64,000 bases of DNA from the human T2T-CHM13v2.0 reference genome, Homo sapiens: NCBI RefSeq assembly GCF_009914755.1, contig NC_060925.1. One strand, written 5' to 3'. Under the pieces are notes generated by a model. It was not told the DNA's origin and searched no databases. It saw only the letters and a list, made by a program, of their open reading frames with translations. Shown one piece after another: positions 40,460 through 64,000 of this stretch. Made by a program: the position numbers and the translations under genes. Position 1 is the first letter of the stretch. Every line of letters begins with the position of its first letter.

Positions 40460-41400
40460 AACGCAACACGCGATCAGAGGCGTTTTCTGCCAGTGACCCG
40501 CGAACTTTGCCCCCCACCCCTCGTCCCCGCTCCATACTATCCTTGATCTTGGCCAAAAGGCGGAGAAACAGCGAACTTTTCCCTGGAGCCAGAAGGACGC
40601 AAAGGTTCGCTAGCGGCCCAGGGCGGGCGCGCGGCTGGAGAGGCACCCTCCTCACTCTGCCCGCTGCCGCACTGGGCACTGGGACTGGCTCCGCTGCCTC
40701 CGCCCCCGAACCGGGCCAGGACCCTTGGCGGGGGAGGGGAACGCGCACTTAAACGCTCCTGGCCTGGGGGCCGCGGGGCCCAGTCCTACCCGTGCGGACC
40801 CCGCTCCCCCTTCCACACAGTCGGAAGACCCCAAAGGGCCTTTGAAGAGACCGAGGTTGCCAGAGGCCCCCCGCCCCCAGCTAGAGTCTGGAGCCACTAA
40901 GGCGGCCGCCCACCTCTCAGGCCTGGAGCGGTTTGGGGCGCCTAGAACTGGGAGGGAGGGACTGGGGATCGAATCCTTCAACGCACTGAGCGGCCCACCT
41001 GCCGGTCCCCCGCTGCCTCCGGCCTAGTCCCAGTCGCGTCATGCGCCGCCCCGGAACTGCACATTTACCTTGGTCCGGACCCGCCAGGGCGCGCACTTGG
41101 ATCTCTGAGCCCCCGGCCGCCCCGTCGGAAGCGCAGCCGCGGGCCCGAAGGGGCCTCCAGGGGCGCAGGAGGCACAGAACGCGCAGCATCGGGGCGCAGG
41201 CTGGGAGTGAAGGTGCTTCTCCCGCCCTGCACCGTCTCGGCTCCCGCTGAGAGCTCGCAGTTCCGGCGTCGGGCGAAGCCTTCGCCAATTGCTCCACCTA
41301 TGGGCCAAGCGTCTGTTGCCTCCTTCCGCACCTCCCGGGGACAGGGAGACTTGAGCGGAGGAGGTCGGGGGAAGCCCAGCTCCTCTGTGTGATTTGGTGT
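40460..41400 (-). promoter_or_regulatory. ECHDC2: CpG island / ECHDC2 promoter and exon 1
   Basis: High GC and CpG density around the start codon; CCAAT at 41285-41289; GC-box-like motifs. Confidence 0.85.
41069..41189 (-). CDS. ECHDC2: ECHDC2 exon 1 coding part (MLRVLCLLRPWRPLRARGCASDG...GPDQ), probable mitochondrial presequence
   Basis: ATG 41189-41187, CAAG|GTAAAT donor; 121 nt, phase 1; Arg/Leu-rich with no acidic residue in the first 21 aa. All ten exons sum to 879 nt. Confidence 0.95.
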
Positions 41401-41611
41401 AACTCTGTCAACCTCCCAGCGTCAGTGTTTTAATCCTGTAAAATGGGGATAATAGTGACTACCCCGTGGTGGTGTGAAGATTAAATGGGGTGTGTGAACC
41501 TTGCTTGCACATATGCTCAATTTCATTTTTTAAATGAAATGACATTTAATGAGTCCCTTGAGCGTGTCTACACTTGCGAACCTCACTGCTTCACCTCCCA
41601 TTTGCGCCTCA

Positions 41612-42009
41612 CTTTTTTTTTTTTTTTTTTGAGACGGAGTCTCGCTGTGTCGCCCAGGTTGGAGTGCTGTGCCTTGATCTTGGCTCACTGTAACCTCCGC
41701 CTCCGGGTTCAAGCGATTCTCCTGCCTCAACCTCCCAAGTAGCTGGGATTACAGGGACGCGCCACCACGCCCAACTAATTTTTTTTGTATTTTTAGTAGA
41801 GGCAGGGTTTCACCATGACGAAACCCTGTCTCTGTTAAACATTCAAAAAAATTAGCTGGGCGTGGTGGCGGGCGCCTGTAATCCCAGCTACTTGGGAGGC
41901 TGAGGCAGGAGAATCACTTGAACTCGGAAGGCACAGGTTCAGTGAGCTGAGATCGCGCCACTGCACTCCAGGCTGGGCAATGAGCGAAACTGCGTCCCAA
42001 AAAAAAAAA
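41612..42009. repeat. Fused inverted Alu halves forming a spacerless quasi-palindrome
   Basis: Antisense Alu to ...tttcaccATG joined directly to sense Alu cATGacgaaaccc...; centre CATG 41814-41817. Confidence 0.88.
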
Positions 42010-42240
42010 TTATTCTCTTAAACACAGTATATACAAAGCACTCTCACATTGCTGATGTGAATGTCTTTAAATGAAAAGCAACTGGTAATTTATATCAAAA
42101 TTATAAATGCACAAGCTCATTGCCCCAGAAATTCCAATTTTAGAAATTTAACCTACAGATAAATCCACACAGCTGTGAAATGACACGTGTTCATGGCTGT
42201 ACATTGCAGCATTGTTTATAATAGCAAAAGACTGGAAGCA

Positions 42241-42507
42241 CATGGTGCTGTCATGTGCTTCTGGTGAGGCCTCAGGAAGCTTACAATCATGGCTGAAGGT
42301 GACAGGGATCCAGCATGTCACATGGCGAGAATAGGAACAAGAAAATTAGGTGGGGAGGTCCCAGTTTATCGCCAAGGGGATGGTGCTAAACCATTCACAA
42401 GGGATCTGTCCCCATGATCCAGTCACCTCCCAACAGGGCCCACCTCCAACATTGGGAATCATATTTCAACGTGAGATTTGGAGGGATCCAACACCCAAAC
42501 TATATCA
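42241..42507. mobile_element. MST-family (MSTB-like) MaLR LTR fragment inside an L1 remnant
   Basis: 'ctggtgaggcctcaggaagcttacaatcatggc.gaagg...cccacctccaacattgggaatcatatttcaac.tgagatttggaggg...aaactatatca'. Confidence 0.8.
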
Positions 42508-42552
42508 CAGTCTCAATATCCATCAATAGAGGGTTGGTTAAATAAATTATGG

Positions 42553-45506
<2,954 letters not shown>

Positions 45507-45654
45507 AATTTTACTAAGTTGGTCTAGTCCTAGCTCAGTAGTTCTTTACTTAGCACAGAGGGGGCTTCTTAGAATCTCCTAAACTTGATCTTAGCCAAAT
45601 GGCCAAGAAGCAATCCTTAGAATCTTCTAGGAGAGCCTTTCTAAATGCTGATAC

Positions 45655-46396
<742 letters not shown>

Positions 46397-46699
46397 TTAG
46401 ACATTGTATCCATGTGTGAGATCCTGCCCATCCCCGCTTTCTTGGTGTCCTGTGAGTTTAAATTCATGAATTCACTCTCAACTGCCACCGCTAACAGGAC
46501 ACAGGCCAATTCCAACACGAACCCCAACGGCTCTCCTCAGGGTCACCTTTCATGAGTCCGCTTTCCGGCCAACCCCTCCTCTCAGTCTTAGGCCCCACTG
46601 CAAGCCTACTCCCGCTCACCGTACAGAACCTAAGCACAGGATCAGAGATGGGGACAGGTTGACTCAGTCCCATGCCCAAGTCCGCAAATTAGGGATTCG

Positions 46700-47560
46700 G
46701 CTGCCTAAGGGCTAGAGAACGCTCCCCGCCCCACAGGACGCGCCCCGCCCCGCCCCCTCCTCCTGCCCCTACGCACGCGCACTCTCACGCGCCTGTGTTG
46801 CCGCCCGCGGCCCTGGCTTCGGGCTTCAGGGAGCTCTGGTGCAGTCTCCGCCTGTCAGTGCCGGCAGTCGTCCGCGGCGCCCGCCCCGGTCCCGCACTGG
46901 TGCAGCCATGTCCTCTTCCCCGTGGGAGCCTGCGACCCTGCGCCGGGTGTTCGTGGTGGGGGTTGGCATGACCAAGGTAAACCGAGCAGCGGCCCTGCTG
47001 GCCCTCTGAGGCTCGGGGGCGGTCGGTGCCTGGGTTTCTCTGTCCCTCCGGTCTCCTAGCTTCGACTGCTCCGCGCGTGGGTCATCGGCGTGGCGACTTG
47101 GTGGCTTGTACTCTGCGGAATCTCTGGGGTCATAGCGTCTCGGGCTGGTTCCTGCGGCCTTCTGCTTCCTCCTTCCCTTTTCTTCTGGTCAGAGTTCATG
47201 AAGCAGCCCCGAGATAATCCAAGGATCTCACCTCTTTAGATTCTGAGCGGAGTCCCGAGGTGTGTGGGCTGGCTTGCCCCGGAGGGAGGCAGGTCGCGAA
47301 TGCCGCCTGCTCGGCCCTCCCAGGAACAGCCCCCACAGGAGCCCTCACAGAGACAGCTCCAGATGTGGATGGCGAGGAGAAACGCTCCTGATGCCCAGCG
47401 CCTCGGCCCGAGTGGCAGATTCCGGCCTCCCTCTGTCCCTCCAGTGACTGCTTGGGACCCGGACGCCGCAGGCTCCCACGGCCGTTTTCCCCTCATCGCC
47501 CGCATGCTCCTTAATGCCAAACTGCCTTTCGTTTCTCCCCGGACGCAGTTGTCTGATGCC
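46700..47560 (+). promoter_or_regulatory. SCP2: CpG island / TATA-less SCP2 (SCPx) promoter with tandem GC boxes
   Basis: Clustered CCCCGCCCC Sp1/KLF boxes ~46724-46757; AP-1 TGACTCA 46660-46666; CpG-rich through exon 1. Confidence 0.85.
46908..46976 (+). CDS. SCP2: SCP2 (SCPx peroxisomal thiolase) coding exon 1 (MSSSPWEPATLRRVFVVGVGMTK)
   Basis: gccATG Kozak; thiolase N-terminal V.vvGvGmT motif; AAG|GTAAAC donor; 69 nt. Confidence 0.96.
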
Positions 47561-47993
47561 TCTGTTGCTTTGCTTCTGTTCTGTTTGTACCGTGTATCTT
47601 CACCTGTTAACTTTTGTGCATCCTGAAAGGATCCGTTCAGATCGGATCTTCTCCAGGACGCCTCGGATCCTCCTGACTTTCCCCTAGAGCCTTGCACTGT
47701 GCTTACCTCTGTCCTGCACTTACTGTGCTCGGCAGTACCGGGCAGTACTAAAGCTCATAGGCGTCTGCGCGCCCTCTTAGCATGGCAGCTCCTCTAGACT
47801 GGGTACCTGGCTTATTCACTGCTGTGCCCCTCGCCCTGAACGTTCCTGATGCTTGAAGACCCTCAGTGAATGTTAGTTGAACAATACTAAATGGATATGC
47901 TTTGTGAAAGAGTTCCTAGGGAGAGTTCTATTTCTGAGAAAACAGCCCTAAAATGTTTATTATTTTACCAGTGGGCTGAGCGTACCTAATTCA

Positions 47994-48283
<290 letters not shown>

Positions 48284-48707
48284 AACAAAAACAAAAAATA
48301 TCCATGGAAATGGAAAAGTGGACCAATACCTTATGAAGCGGAAGGACATCATCCTAGTGTTTCACAGAAGGGGAGGCTTCTAACACAGGTGGACAGTAGG
48401 ATCTTTCGAAGTAAGGTATTAATGCAGTCAAACCTTCCTCTGGCTGCTGAATGCCTGATTATATGTGCTGTATGGAAAAGCACAGTTGTCTAAACCTTTG
48501 GGAAATAGATGTATTCCTTTTTCCTCAAGTTGGGAGGTAGAGGTCGGGGAGGTGTTACAGTCCAGAGGAAAGTGGTGAGGAGTTTGGGTAGTGCCATTAA
48601 TGATGTGCCTATCTGGCCAGTGTACTTTGCTATAGGTCTGGTCTTCTGCACCTTGGGACAGAGTTTGATGGAGGAGGGAGAAATATTGACTAGACAACAC
48701 TGTAACA

Positions 48708-50148
<1,441 letters not shown>

Positions 50149-50539
50149 GTGCTGCTCACAACCTGCTAAATTGATTTGGTCATAATCTAATAAGTTCAAA
50201 TTTCAGTTTGAAAAATATTACATTATTTAATTCTCACCACGTAATGGATTTTTATATCCATTCAATTATCTGACTCTGAGGCTCAGAGGGGCTAAGTACT
50301 TTATTTTGGTGCAGCTTTTAAGTTTTGGAACTGCCTTTCTTAAAATCTTGTGCTCTTTCCATGCCATCTCTACTGTATATTACTGTTATAATTTATCATT
50401 GAAACATATATTCAGTAAATATTCTATGGGTTATATGCTAGAGATGCAAAAATGAAAAAAACAAAGTTCCTGTTTTAAAGGAATGTCTAATCTGGAGGAG
50501 AAAAGAATAAACAAGTAGTTTAAATAAGATTATTTGAGA

Positions 50540-52100
50540 TATTTGATTAAACATGGCAGATTGAGTACATGAATTTATCTCTGTTGGTGCTTTCCATATC
50601 CCACTAAAGCAACAATAAGGAAAGAAAATGATATTAATCCACAAGGGCAAAGTGAGTAGGAAAGGAAACAATAGCTGAGATAGATCGGAACATTTTTGGA
50701 AGATTCTGAGGTTGATGGAGAAGTGGTCACTGACTCAGAGCAGAGAGACCACTACCTAAGTTCCTGAAGAGGGGTTATACTGGTTGAGCCTCCCAGCAGA
50801 ACTCCAGAAGGCCCAAAACTTGGATATACTAGGTGCCAGGTAGGGTGGGAAAGAAGAAAAAGACTATTCTAAGGAACAGTTAGGTCCCAAGATCTCTTTT
50901 ACCACCAGGTGACTTTACCTTTTCTTAGCAGAGTATTGGAGACTTTTTCTCTGGGGAAACTGAACAGATGAAGAGGCTCTAGAATCATCTGAGCTGTTAG
51001 GCCCAAGTTGAAAAAAAGGGAATTAAATTGAATTCTGCATGCTAAAGGGTAGTACTTCCCAGCTGTGAGAAGCAACACTGGTAGTCACACATATACTACC
51101 TTCCTGGCAGAGATTTGGAAAATTATTTGGAATGGCTGCAGAGAAAAGCCAGCTTGCTACTCCATCATCTTGTGGTGAAGATCAGCAGTTGATAAGCTTT
51201 ATTCATGCAGAGAGCTTCCTTCAGGCTTTTAATTGTTTTAATTATGAACAAATAGCCAAGGATCACCAGATATTCAAGGAAAATTTCCAACAAGACAACG
51301 TCAACCCCCTACTCAAAAACAACAAAATACTAAGGAAAAACTTTGGAGGAGGGATCAGAAGACACTTAGGGAACAAAAGAAAACCTAAACTGTAACAACC
51401 TCAGGGAGATAAGTGAAAATATTACATCTCTGAAAAAAGAACTGAGTGCTATTTTAAAAAAAAAGACATAGGAAAGAGCTCTTAGGAAATTAAACATATT
51501 TTGACCAAAACAAAATATTCAATAGAAGATAACGTAAAGGAAATCTGGACAATGGAGCAAGAACAAAGAAATGGGTATTAGGAGAGAAAATAAAATTAAA
51601 TGTTTAATAAAAAAGATCCAATATCTAGTTAATGAGTTCTAGAAAAAGAACTGAGAACATAGAAACTAGGAAATTATCAGAGAAATAATAGAGAATTTTC
51701 CGAACTGAATTTTTCAGTTTGAAAAGCCAATCCGATGAATAAAAAGAAAGCTCATATCAAGGCACATTATCCTGAAATATCAGAACCGTAGCATTAGATT
51801 TCTCAACAGAAACCTTGGATGCTACAAATGACAGAATAATGCTTTCAAAATTCTTAAGCAAAATTTTTGATCCTAGAATTCTATTCCCTAATAAATAATC
51901 CAAATTTGAGGGTAGAAAAAAATTTTTTAATGTAAGTGCTAAAAAATTAACTTCTTACACATCCCTACTCACAAAGCTAATTAGAGAATGAATGTGTCCA
52001 CCAAAATGGCGGCGTAAACCAAGGAAGAAGATACTGGATCCTGGAAACAGGGTAACATAGAATAGTGAGAAAAGCCCCAGGGTGGCATCTGTGCAATGAC
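50540..52100 (+). mobile_element. Highly diverged L1 (L1M) 5'/ORF1-region remnant
   Basis: A-rich plus strand; 'aatgctttcaaaattcttaagcaaaat...cctagaattctattccc' ORF1-type motif. Confidence 0.55.
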
Positions 52101-53240
52101 TCAGTTTGGAATATGTTCTGGATGGGTCCAGGAGGGAGGTCTCTAGAAAAAAACATTTTGACCATGTGGACTATGGTTTTAAGAGAGATTTTAGAGGTGA
52201 GTATATTAGAGTTGGAGTTAGGCACATAAAAAGCAAATGAAATACATGAGTTAGGCAAATTAAACTCAGTAATTATGTTACTGAGCATTAGCATTAGTAT
52301 TGTTATGAGATTATTATATGTGTAACATGGCTTAAAATATGTAAATAAATATAATTCTACTTCATCCCTTGGTGCTTGAGAATTAAGATTCTTGGTGGAG
52401 GAGAAAAGAGATACAGATGTAATACAGAAGGGAGTAGGTAAAAAATTCTGTAATTCTGAAAAAGTATTAGTATAAACTTTAATTAGTATTTCATCTTTAA
52501 ATGTTTTTCTGGCTCTGTCCACTGAAGAAGCTTAGAAATAATGACCAAATCTGTTACATCCATACCATTGTGATCTTAAAATATCTTTTTCTACTAGAAG
52601 AAATGGCTGGTTGCAGAAATTGCTTATTCCCCATGGGGCAGGAAGTGTACAATGTGAGTCTAGAATATTTTGTCACTGCTAATTGCAAGGAAGTTATCAA
52701 AGCCTACTTGAGTGATGCCGAAAGGATTCAGGAGCCAACCTGTAGTTCTCACTTACCAAAGTTGAGAAAATTTGAGCTTTAAAAGAGATAGTAATTGCAG
52801 TTGATTAAAACCCATCAGGCTGGGCATGGTGGCTCATGCCTGTAATCTTGGCACTTTGGGAGGCCGAGGCTTAATTAAGCCCAGGAGTTTGAAACCAGCC
52901 TGGGCAACATGGCGAAACCTCATCTCTACTAAAAAAATAAAAATAAAAAATTAAGAAAAAAAACCCCATCAGGTATGTTTAAACAAGAGTTTGTGATAAT
53001 ATTTTAAAAATCAACTAATTATAGTCTTTGGAGGATAACAGGGAACCTACTCATTGTCTTGAAAATTGACAAAGGGAAACAATCATATGTTTATTGTTTT
53101 TCCTGTATGAACTGTATCATTGGATAATTAAATAGTAGATGAGGAGTAGTGTCTTCTATCAAACGTATTTAAGTAATAACTGAAAAAGAAATGACAGAAC
53201 ATTACCATCATTTTTGACAGCTGCCAATGAATTGATCTAG

Positions 53241-55882
<2,642 letters not shown>

Positions 55883-57250
55883 GATGTAGTCTCTGCTGCT
55901 AACAACACAGAGAAACAATCAGATATATGCTTCCTAATGAAAGAATACACTACCACCTATAGTTTTGTCAAAGGGATAGAATGTACAATCAAATTTTGGA
56001 TCCAGTTGCCAATTTACAGGAAATACAGAGAACAGAAGTACACATTCAACTACATGAGTATGCAATCTGCAAAATCCAGACTCTGGGAAACTGTAGGTCA
56101 AATGCTTTGGTTCTTCAACAGACACATCTTACTGTATTTGAAAGGAAAAGAAAGTAGTAGAGGGAAGCCTGTAGATTAAAAGAGAATTAAAAGACACTTT
56201 TTTAAAATAAATGGGCAAGACTAAACTATAATGTCTTTGGATGCGTATTTGGGTGATAAAAGTATGAAATATTCCAAGAGAGTAATTACTGTAAGAATCG
56301 GGATAGTAATTACTTTGGGGGTAGAGTGGGGATTGAGATTGCTACAGAGTACATGGAGGAGTTTCTGGGGTGGAGGGCAAAGTTCTATTTCTTGATCTGG
56401 GTGATGGTAGCAAGGGTGTTTGCCTTAAAACAATTCATTAGGATATGCATTTAACTCTAGAAAAAAAAATCCTAAAAATTGTACAGTAAGGAAATGGAAT
56501 CATAAGTAGACAACTGGCCCAGCAGTTGAAAAAAATGTACTTAATAAAGCAAACACCGAGAATTAAATTAACACCAAATTGTGATTCTGCTATGTAAGAA
56601 GGGTAAGAGATATGTAAACTAATGTATATGTGGGGTGGCAGAAAAGGTCTGATCCTTATTGGTCCTTATAGGAGATTATGATATGACTTCTTACATTGAT
56701 GAAGAAAGAAATAGTAGTATAAGAAGGATATTTAGAAACATGTCAGTTTCTAACAAGAAATATCTGAAAGAATTGAAAGTGGATGTTTTGGGAGCAAATA
56801 AGACTACTGGGTGCAGAGTAGTGAAACAGGATTGCTGTTTTTATTATAAAGTTTGTGGTACTTTTTGTCTTTATCTTTTGTTTTTGCATTTCTTTTATGA
56901 AAAAATAAAATATAAATAGAACATTGCTAGCACCTCAGAAGGCCCTCTTGTGTCCTCTTCCAGCCACTGACCCCTTGCCTTCAAAGGGTTACTATTATTC
57001 TGACTTCTGACCTTTAATATGCTGGATTAATTCTGGTTAAACCTTAAAAAGGTTTCTGTAATTCAAGAATTATGGAGAAGAATTGGGATGGGTCAGAGAT
57101 AGGAACACATTAAGTGTTTTGGTACTGTGCAATGAAATGTGGCATTTAAGTCACATATCATGTTTCAAACTTTTGTGACCCATTAGTGAGTCGTGAACTC
57201 AATTTAGAAAGTTGTCTTAGAATTAAAAATTGAAATAGAACAGGAAATAC

Positions 57251-57758
57251 TGATGCCAGCAAGCCCACAAAGTGGGGCTTATCTTGGGAGGGTTCTCAGC
57301 TTCACTTAGAGTGAGCCAACAGTGAAAGAAAGCAAATTAGAACAGCAAGGTACAGCAAAATGGCTGCTCCATAGACACAGCAGGGCTGTCGCATAGGCAG
57401 AGCAGCCCAGAGTAGCCCAGTGGATTGCTGGACAGCTATATTTATACCTACTGTTAAAAGGGGGGTGGGTTATTCATGAACTTTCTGGAAAAGGGGCAGG
57501 GAGTCCCCAGAGTCATATAACTTCTGAGGCATTGCCACAGCATAGTAGGTAAATTGTCATGCTGTTGGTGGCTGTGTCTTATGTAAATGTGTTATAATTC
57601 GCATATAATGAGCAATGAGGGCAACTAGAGGTTGCTTTCATTGCCATCTTGGTCTTAGCTGATTTCAGCTGGTTTATTTGTCACATCCTTTTTTGATCAG
57701 CAGGGTGATCAGTAGTGACTGAGGCTCAGGAGACAAGTCCTGTTGGTATCCTACCTTG
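57251..57758 (-). mobile_element. MER41-family ERV1 solo LTR (older, diverged)
   Basis: Reverse MER41 hallmarks 'aatggctgctccatagac', 'gggtgggttattcatgaa', 'ataatgagcaatgagg...gccatcttgg'. Confidence 0.72.
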
Positions 57759-58129
57759 AAATAAGAATAAATATTTCATGAAAGTTTTGCTTCACTTATG
57801 TATGTATATATGCGTGTACTGGGTTGTGTTGTAAAATGTATTTTATTTTGGTTTGCAGTCAAAAGAATATTCAAAGCCATTTCTCTTTAATGTGACCACT
57901 CACCAGCAAAGCACTACATCTTACCTAATCAGTCATCAAGTTCAGTAGATTTTACTTCCCTTGTATTTCTGAGGTCTATTTCTTTCTTTTTTGCTTCTGT
58001 CTTAGCCCTCACCTGGCCTGTTTCAGAATTATGCTAGTTGGTCTCACTGCCTCCTGCCATGCTCCTTTCATCATTTCTTCACATTGTGTCTAGGATGATC
58101 TAAAATGCAAGTCTCGTCATCCCAGTCTC

Positions 58130-59630
<1,501 letters not shown>

Positions 59631-59829
59631 ACATTGTCATCTGGGCATGGTGGCTCACACCTGTAATTGCAGCACTTTGGAAGCTGAGGCAGGAGCATCA
59701 CTTGAGCCCAGGAATTTGAGACCAGCCTGGGCAACATGGCAAAACCCCATCTCTACAAAAAATACAAAAATTAACTTAGCGTGGTGGTGCGTGCCTGTAG
59801 TCCCAGCTACTGTGGGTGCAAAGGGAGCT

Positions 59830-59929
59830 GAGGTGGGAGGATTGCTTGAGTCAGGGTGGTTGAGGCTGCAGTAAGTTGTGATCATACCACTGCACTCCAG
59901 CCTGAGTGACAGAGCAAGACCTTGTCTCA
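59830..59929 (+). ncRNA. MIR1273G: Alu segment formerly annotated as pre-miR-1273g (doubtful miRNA)
   Basis: Contains ACCACTGCACTCCAGCCTGAG (recalled 3p arm) inside Alu 59640-59950. Recalled as withdrawn. Confidence 0.3.
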
Positions 59930-60257
59930 AAAAACAAACAAACAAAAACACTGTCTTCAGGATAAAGCCCAGACCAGCATTGCAGGGCATAAAGGGTCCC
60001 TTGTGAGTTGGCTCCAGACCTAGACTAAACTTTCAGCTCCATTACTTATTAGCTCTATGCCCCTGGGTTAGTTGTTTATCTCTCTGTGTCCTAGTTTTCT
60101 TATCTGTAATGCACGGAACCTACCTTTTAGGATGGTTGTGAGGATTAAATGAGTAAATACATGTGAAATGCTTAACACAATGCATACCACAGTAAGCGCC
60201 CAATAAATATTAGTTGTTATCATTGTTTGGACCTAAGGTACTTTTATGTTCATATCA

Positions 60258-61286
<1,029 letters not shown>

Positions 61287-61311
61287 TTATTATCTCTTTC
61301 TATATCTCTAG

Positions 61312-61369
61312 TTTGTGAAGCCTGGAGCTGAGAATTCAAGAGACTACCCTGACTTGGCAGAAGAAGCAG
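61312..61369 (+). CDS. SCP2: SCP2 coding exon 2 (FVKPGAENSRDYPDLAEEA-G)
   Basis: Polypyrimidine tract + ctctag acceptor, CAG|GTAACA donor; 58 nt; continues exon 1 in frame. Confidence 0.95.
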
Positions 61370-62131
61370 GTAACATAGAACATTTAGATCTTTGAACATT
61401 CATAGTTTATTATGTGGTCTGTCTTGATTTCATGGATGGGGCAGCCTTGCAAGCACAAAAGGAAGCCCAGTCAAGGGAGAAGAACCCGTACAGAGAAATG
61501 TCTAGTGACTCACTACAAAGGAAAAGAGCTTGGGCATTCTTAGCAGCTACATAGCCAGAGCAGAGAGTGGCTTACAATTTTATGTGCTATCCAAATATGT
61601 GTTGAGATGGTTAAGGGATCTGTGGGAGAGAGAGGTAGGGTCATTAAAAGGGATAACATCATTCTAGTGTGTGTTAACTTCAGGAGTTCTAACAAAATTA
61701 GTGTCTTCCTTTCCTGGAAAAGGGATAATCACATTCAAAATGTATTAAATACCTGTATGGTGGTTTTCTTTACTTCACTGAGCCAACATAGAGAATTCTT
61801 TTTCTGTCACTAGATTACTGCATGACTAAAGGAGGTGATGCAGTTTGTTACTGTTTATTATAATGAGTATTAGTACTTTTGAGCAAAAGACGGGTGAATA
61901 TTGGTGTGAGTGGAACTAACAGGGAGAAGGATCTACAGGTGTATGGGTCCTGGTTCTCTAAGCATTCAGCATTCTTTAGAGACGTGCCACGACCAGGCTG
62001 CATCTGGCTGCACTGTGGGTCTGAGTTGTAGCAGAGAGATCCCCATCCATTGTTCTTCTTCTCCCCCACCTCTCTTTTTTTAAAAAAAGGGGACAAGTAT
62101 GAAAGCTTCTTTACATGATATATATAAAGAA

Positions 62132-63544
<1,413 letters not shown>

Positions 63545-64000
63545 CTAAATAAATGTTTTGGTTTGGGGGCAAGTACTCTAAGCTTAGGTGCCGGTTGTTT
63601 AGGGGAATTCTGGGAAATACCTGCTGTCAACACCTGGAGACCTTCTCTTTCATCCCATAAGTTGTTAGGCACAGTCCTTTTCCTAGGGAGCCTCCCCAAC
63701 TCAATTCCTGCTACGTTGTTGCCAGGCAACCCAAAAGGAGTTACTGTGTTTATTCCTTAGATGTTCCTGCTTATTACCATAAGTAATATTATGGGGAAAT
63801 CCAGTGCATATATATTTAGATTTTGCTTCAACTTTTTTTTTGTTTTCTTTTTTCTCTTTCTAACTATTCCTTCAACATCAACTCTGATTATTCAACTCAA
63901 TACTTAAATGTTATACAAGGAATCAGAGCATGTCTGTTCTCCAAAAGGAAGGTTCAAGAGATTTGATTAATTGCAGTGGTTCTCAGGGCAGACATTATTC

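Noticed and set aside
41190-41297. 36-codon in-frame N-terminal extension of ECHDC2
   Set aside because: Starts at GTG beside the CCAAT box, probably upstream of the TSS; open frames are common in CpG islands.
52002-52013. Perfect YY1 motif CAAAATGGCGGC
   Set aside because: Isolated short motif inside a decayed L1 in AT-rich DNA; no other support.

Overview
Human (primate) genomic DNA, recognisable from its translated exons as the ZYG11A–ECHDC2–SCP2 locus (1p32.3, recalled). It holds the last four coding exons and 3'UTR of ZYG11A (+); the complete 10-exon ECHDC2 CDS (−; 879 nt = 292 aa, all GT-AG junctions in phase); and the promoter plus coding exons 1–2 of SCP2/SCPx (+). There are two processed pseudogenes: TMA7 with poly(A) and TSD, and H3.3A/H3F3A interrupted by two Alus. 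Three Alu-derived hairpins once catalogued as miR-1273f, miR-5095 and miR-1273g sit in SCP2 intron 1. The rest is very Alu-dense, with L1, MaLR/ERV1 LTRs and DNA transposons (Tigger3, MER1, MER2, MER30, MER3, hAT-Charlie). Most ORF-track entries are Alu or antisense artefacts. I found no new protein-coding system. The most unusual signal is a recurrent set of templated-insertion and fold-back repair scars, two of them copied from donors 1.4–1.9 kb away. Also notable: a spacerless Alu palindrome at the ECHDC2 promoter, a 69-nt G-run intron, a perfect DR1 element, a splicing hub at ECHDC2 exon 5, and a candidate antisense first exon from the SCP2 promoter. Repeat subfamily names are from memory of consensus sequences and their edges are approximate.
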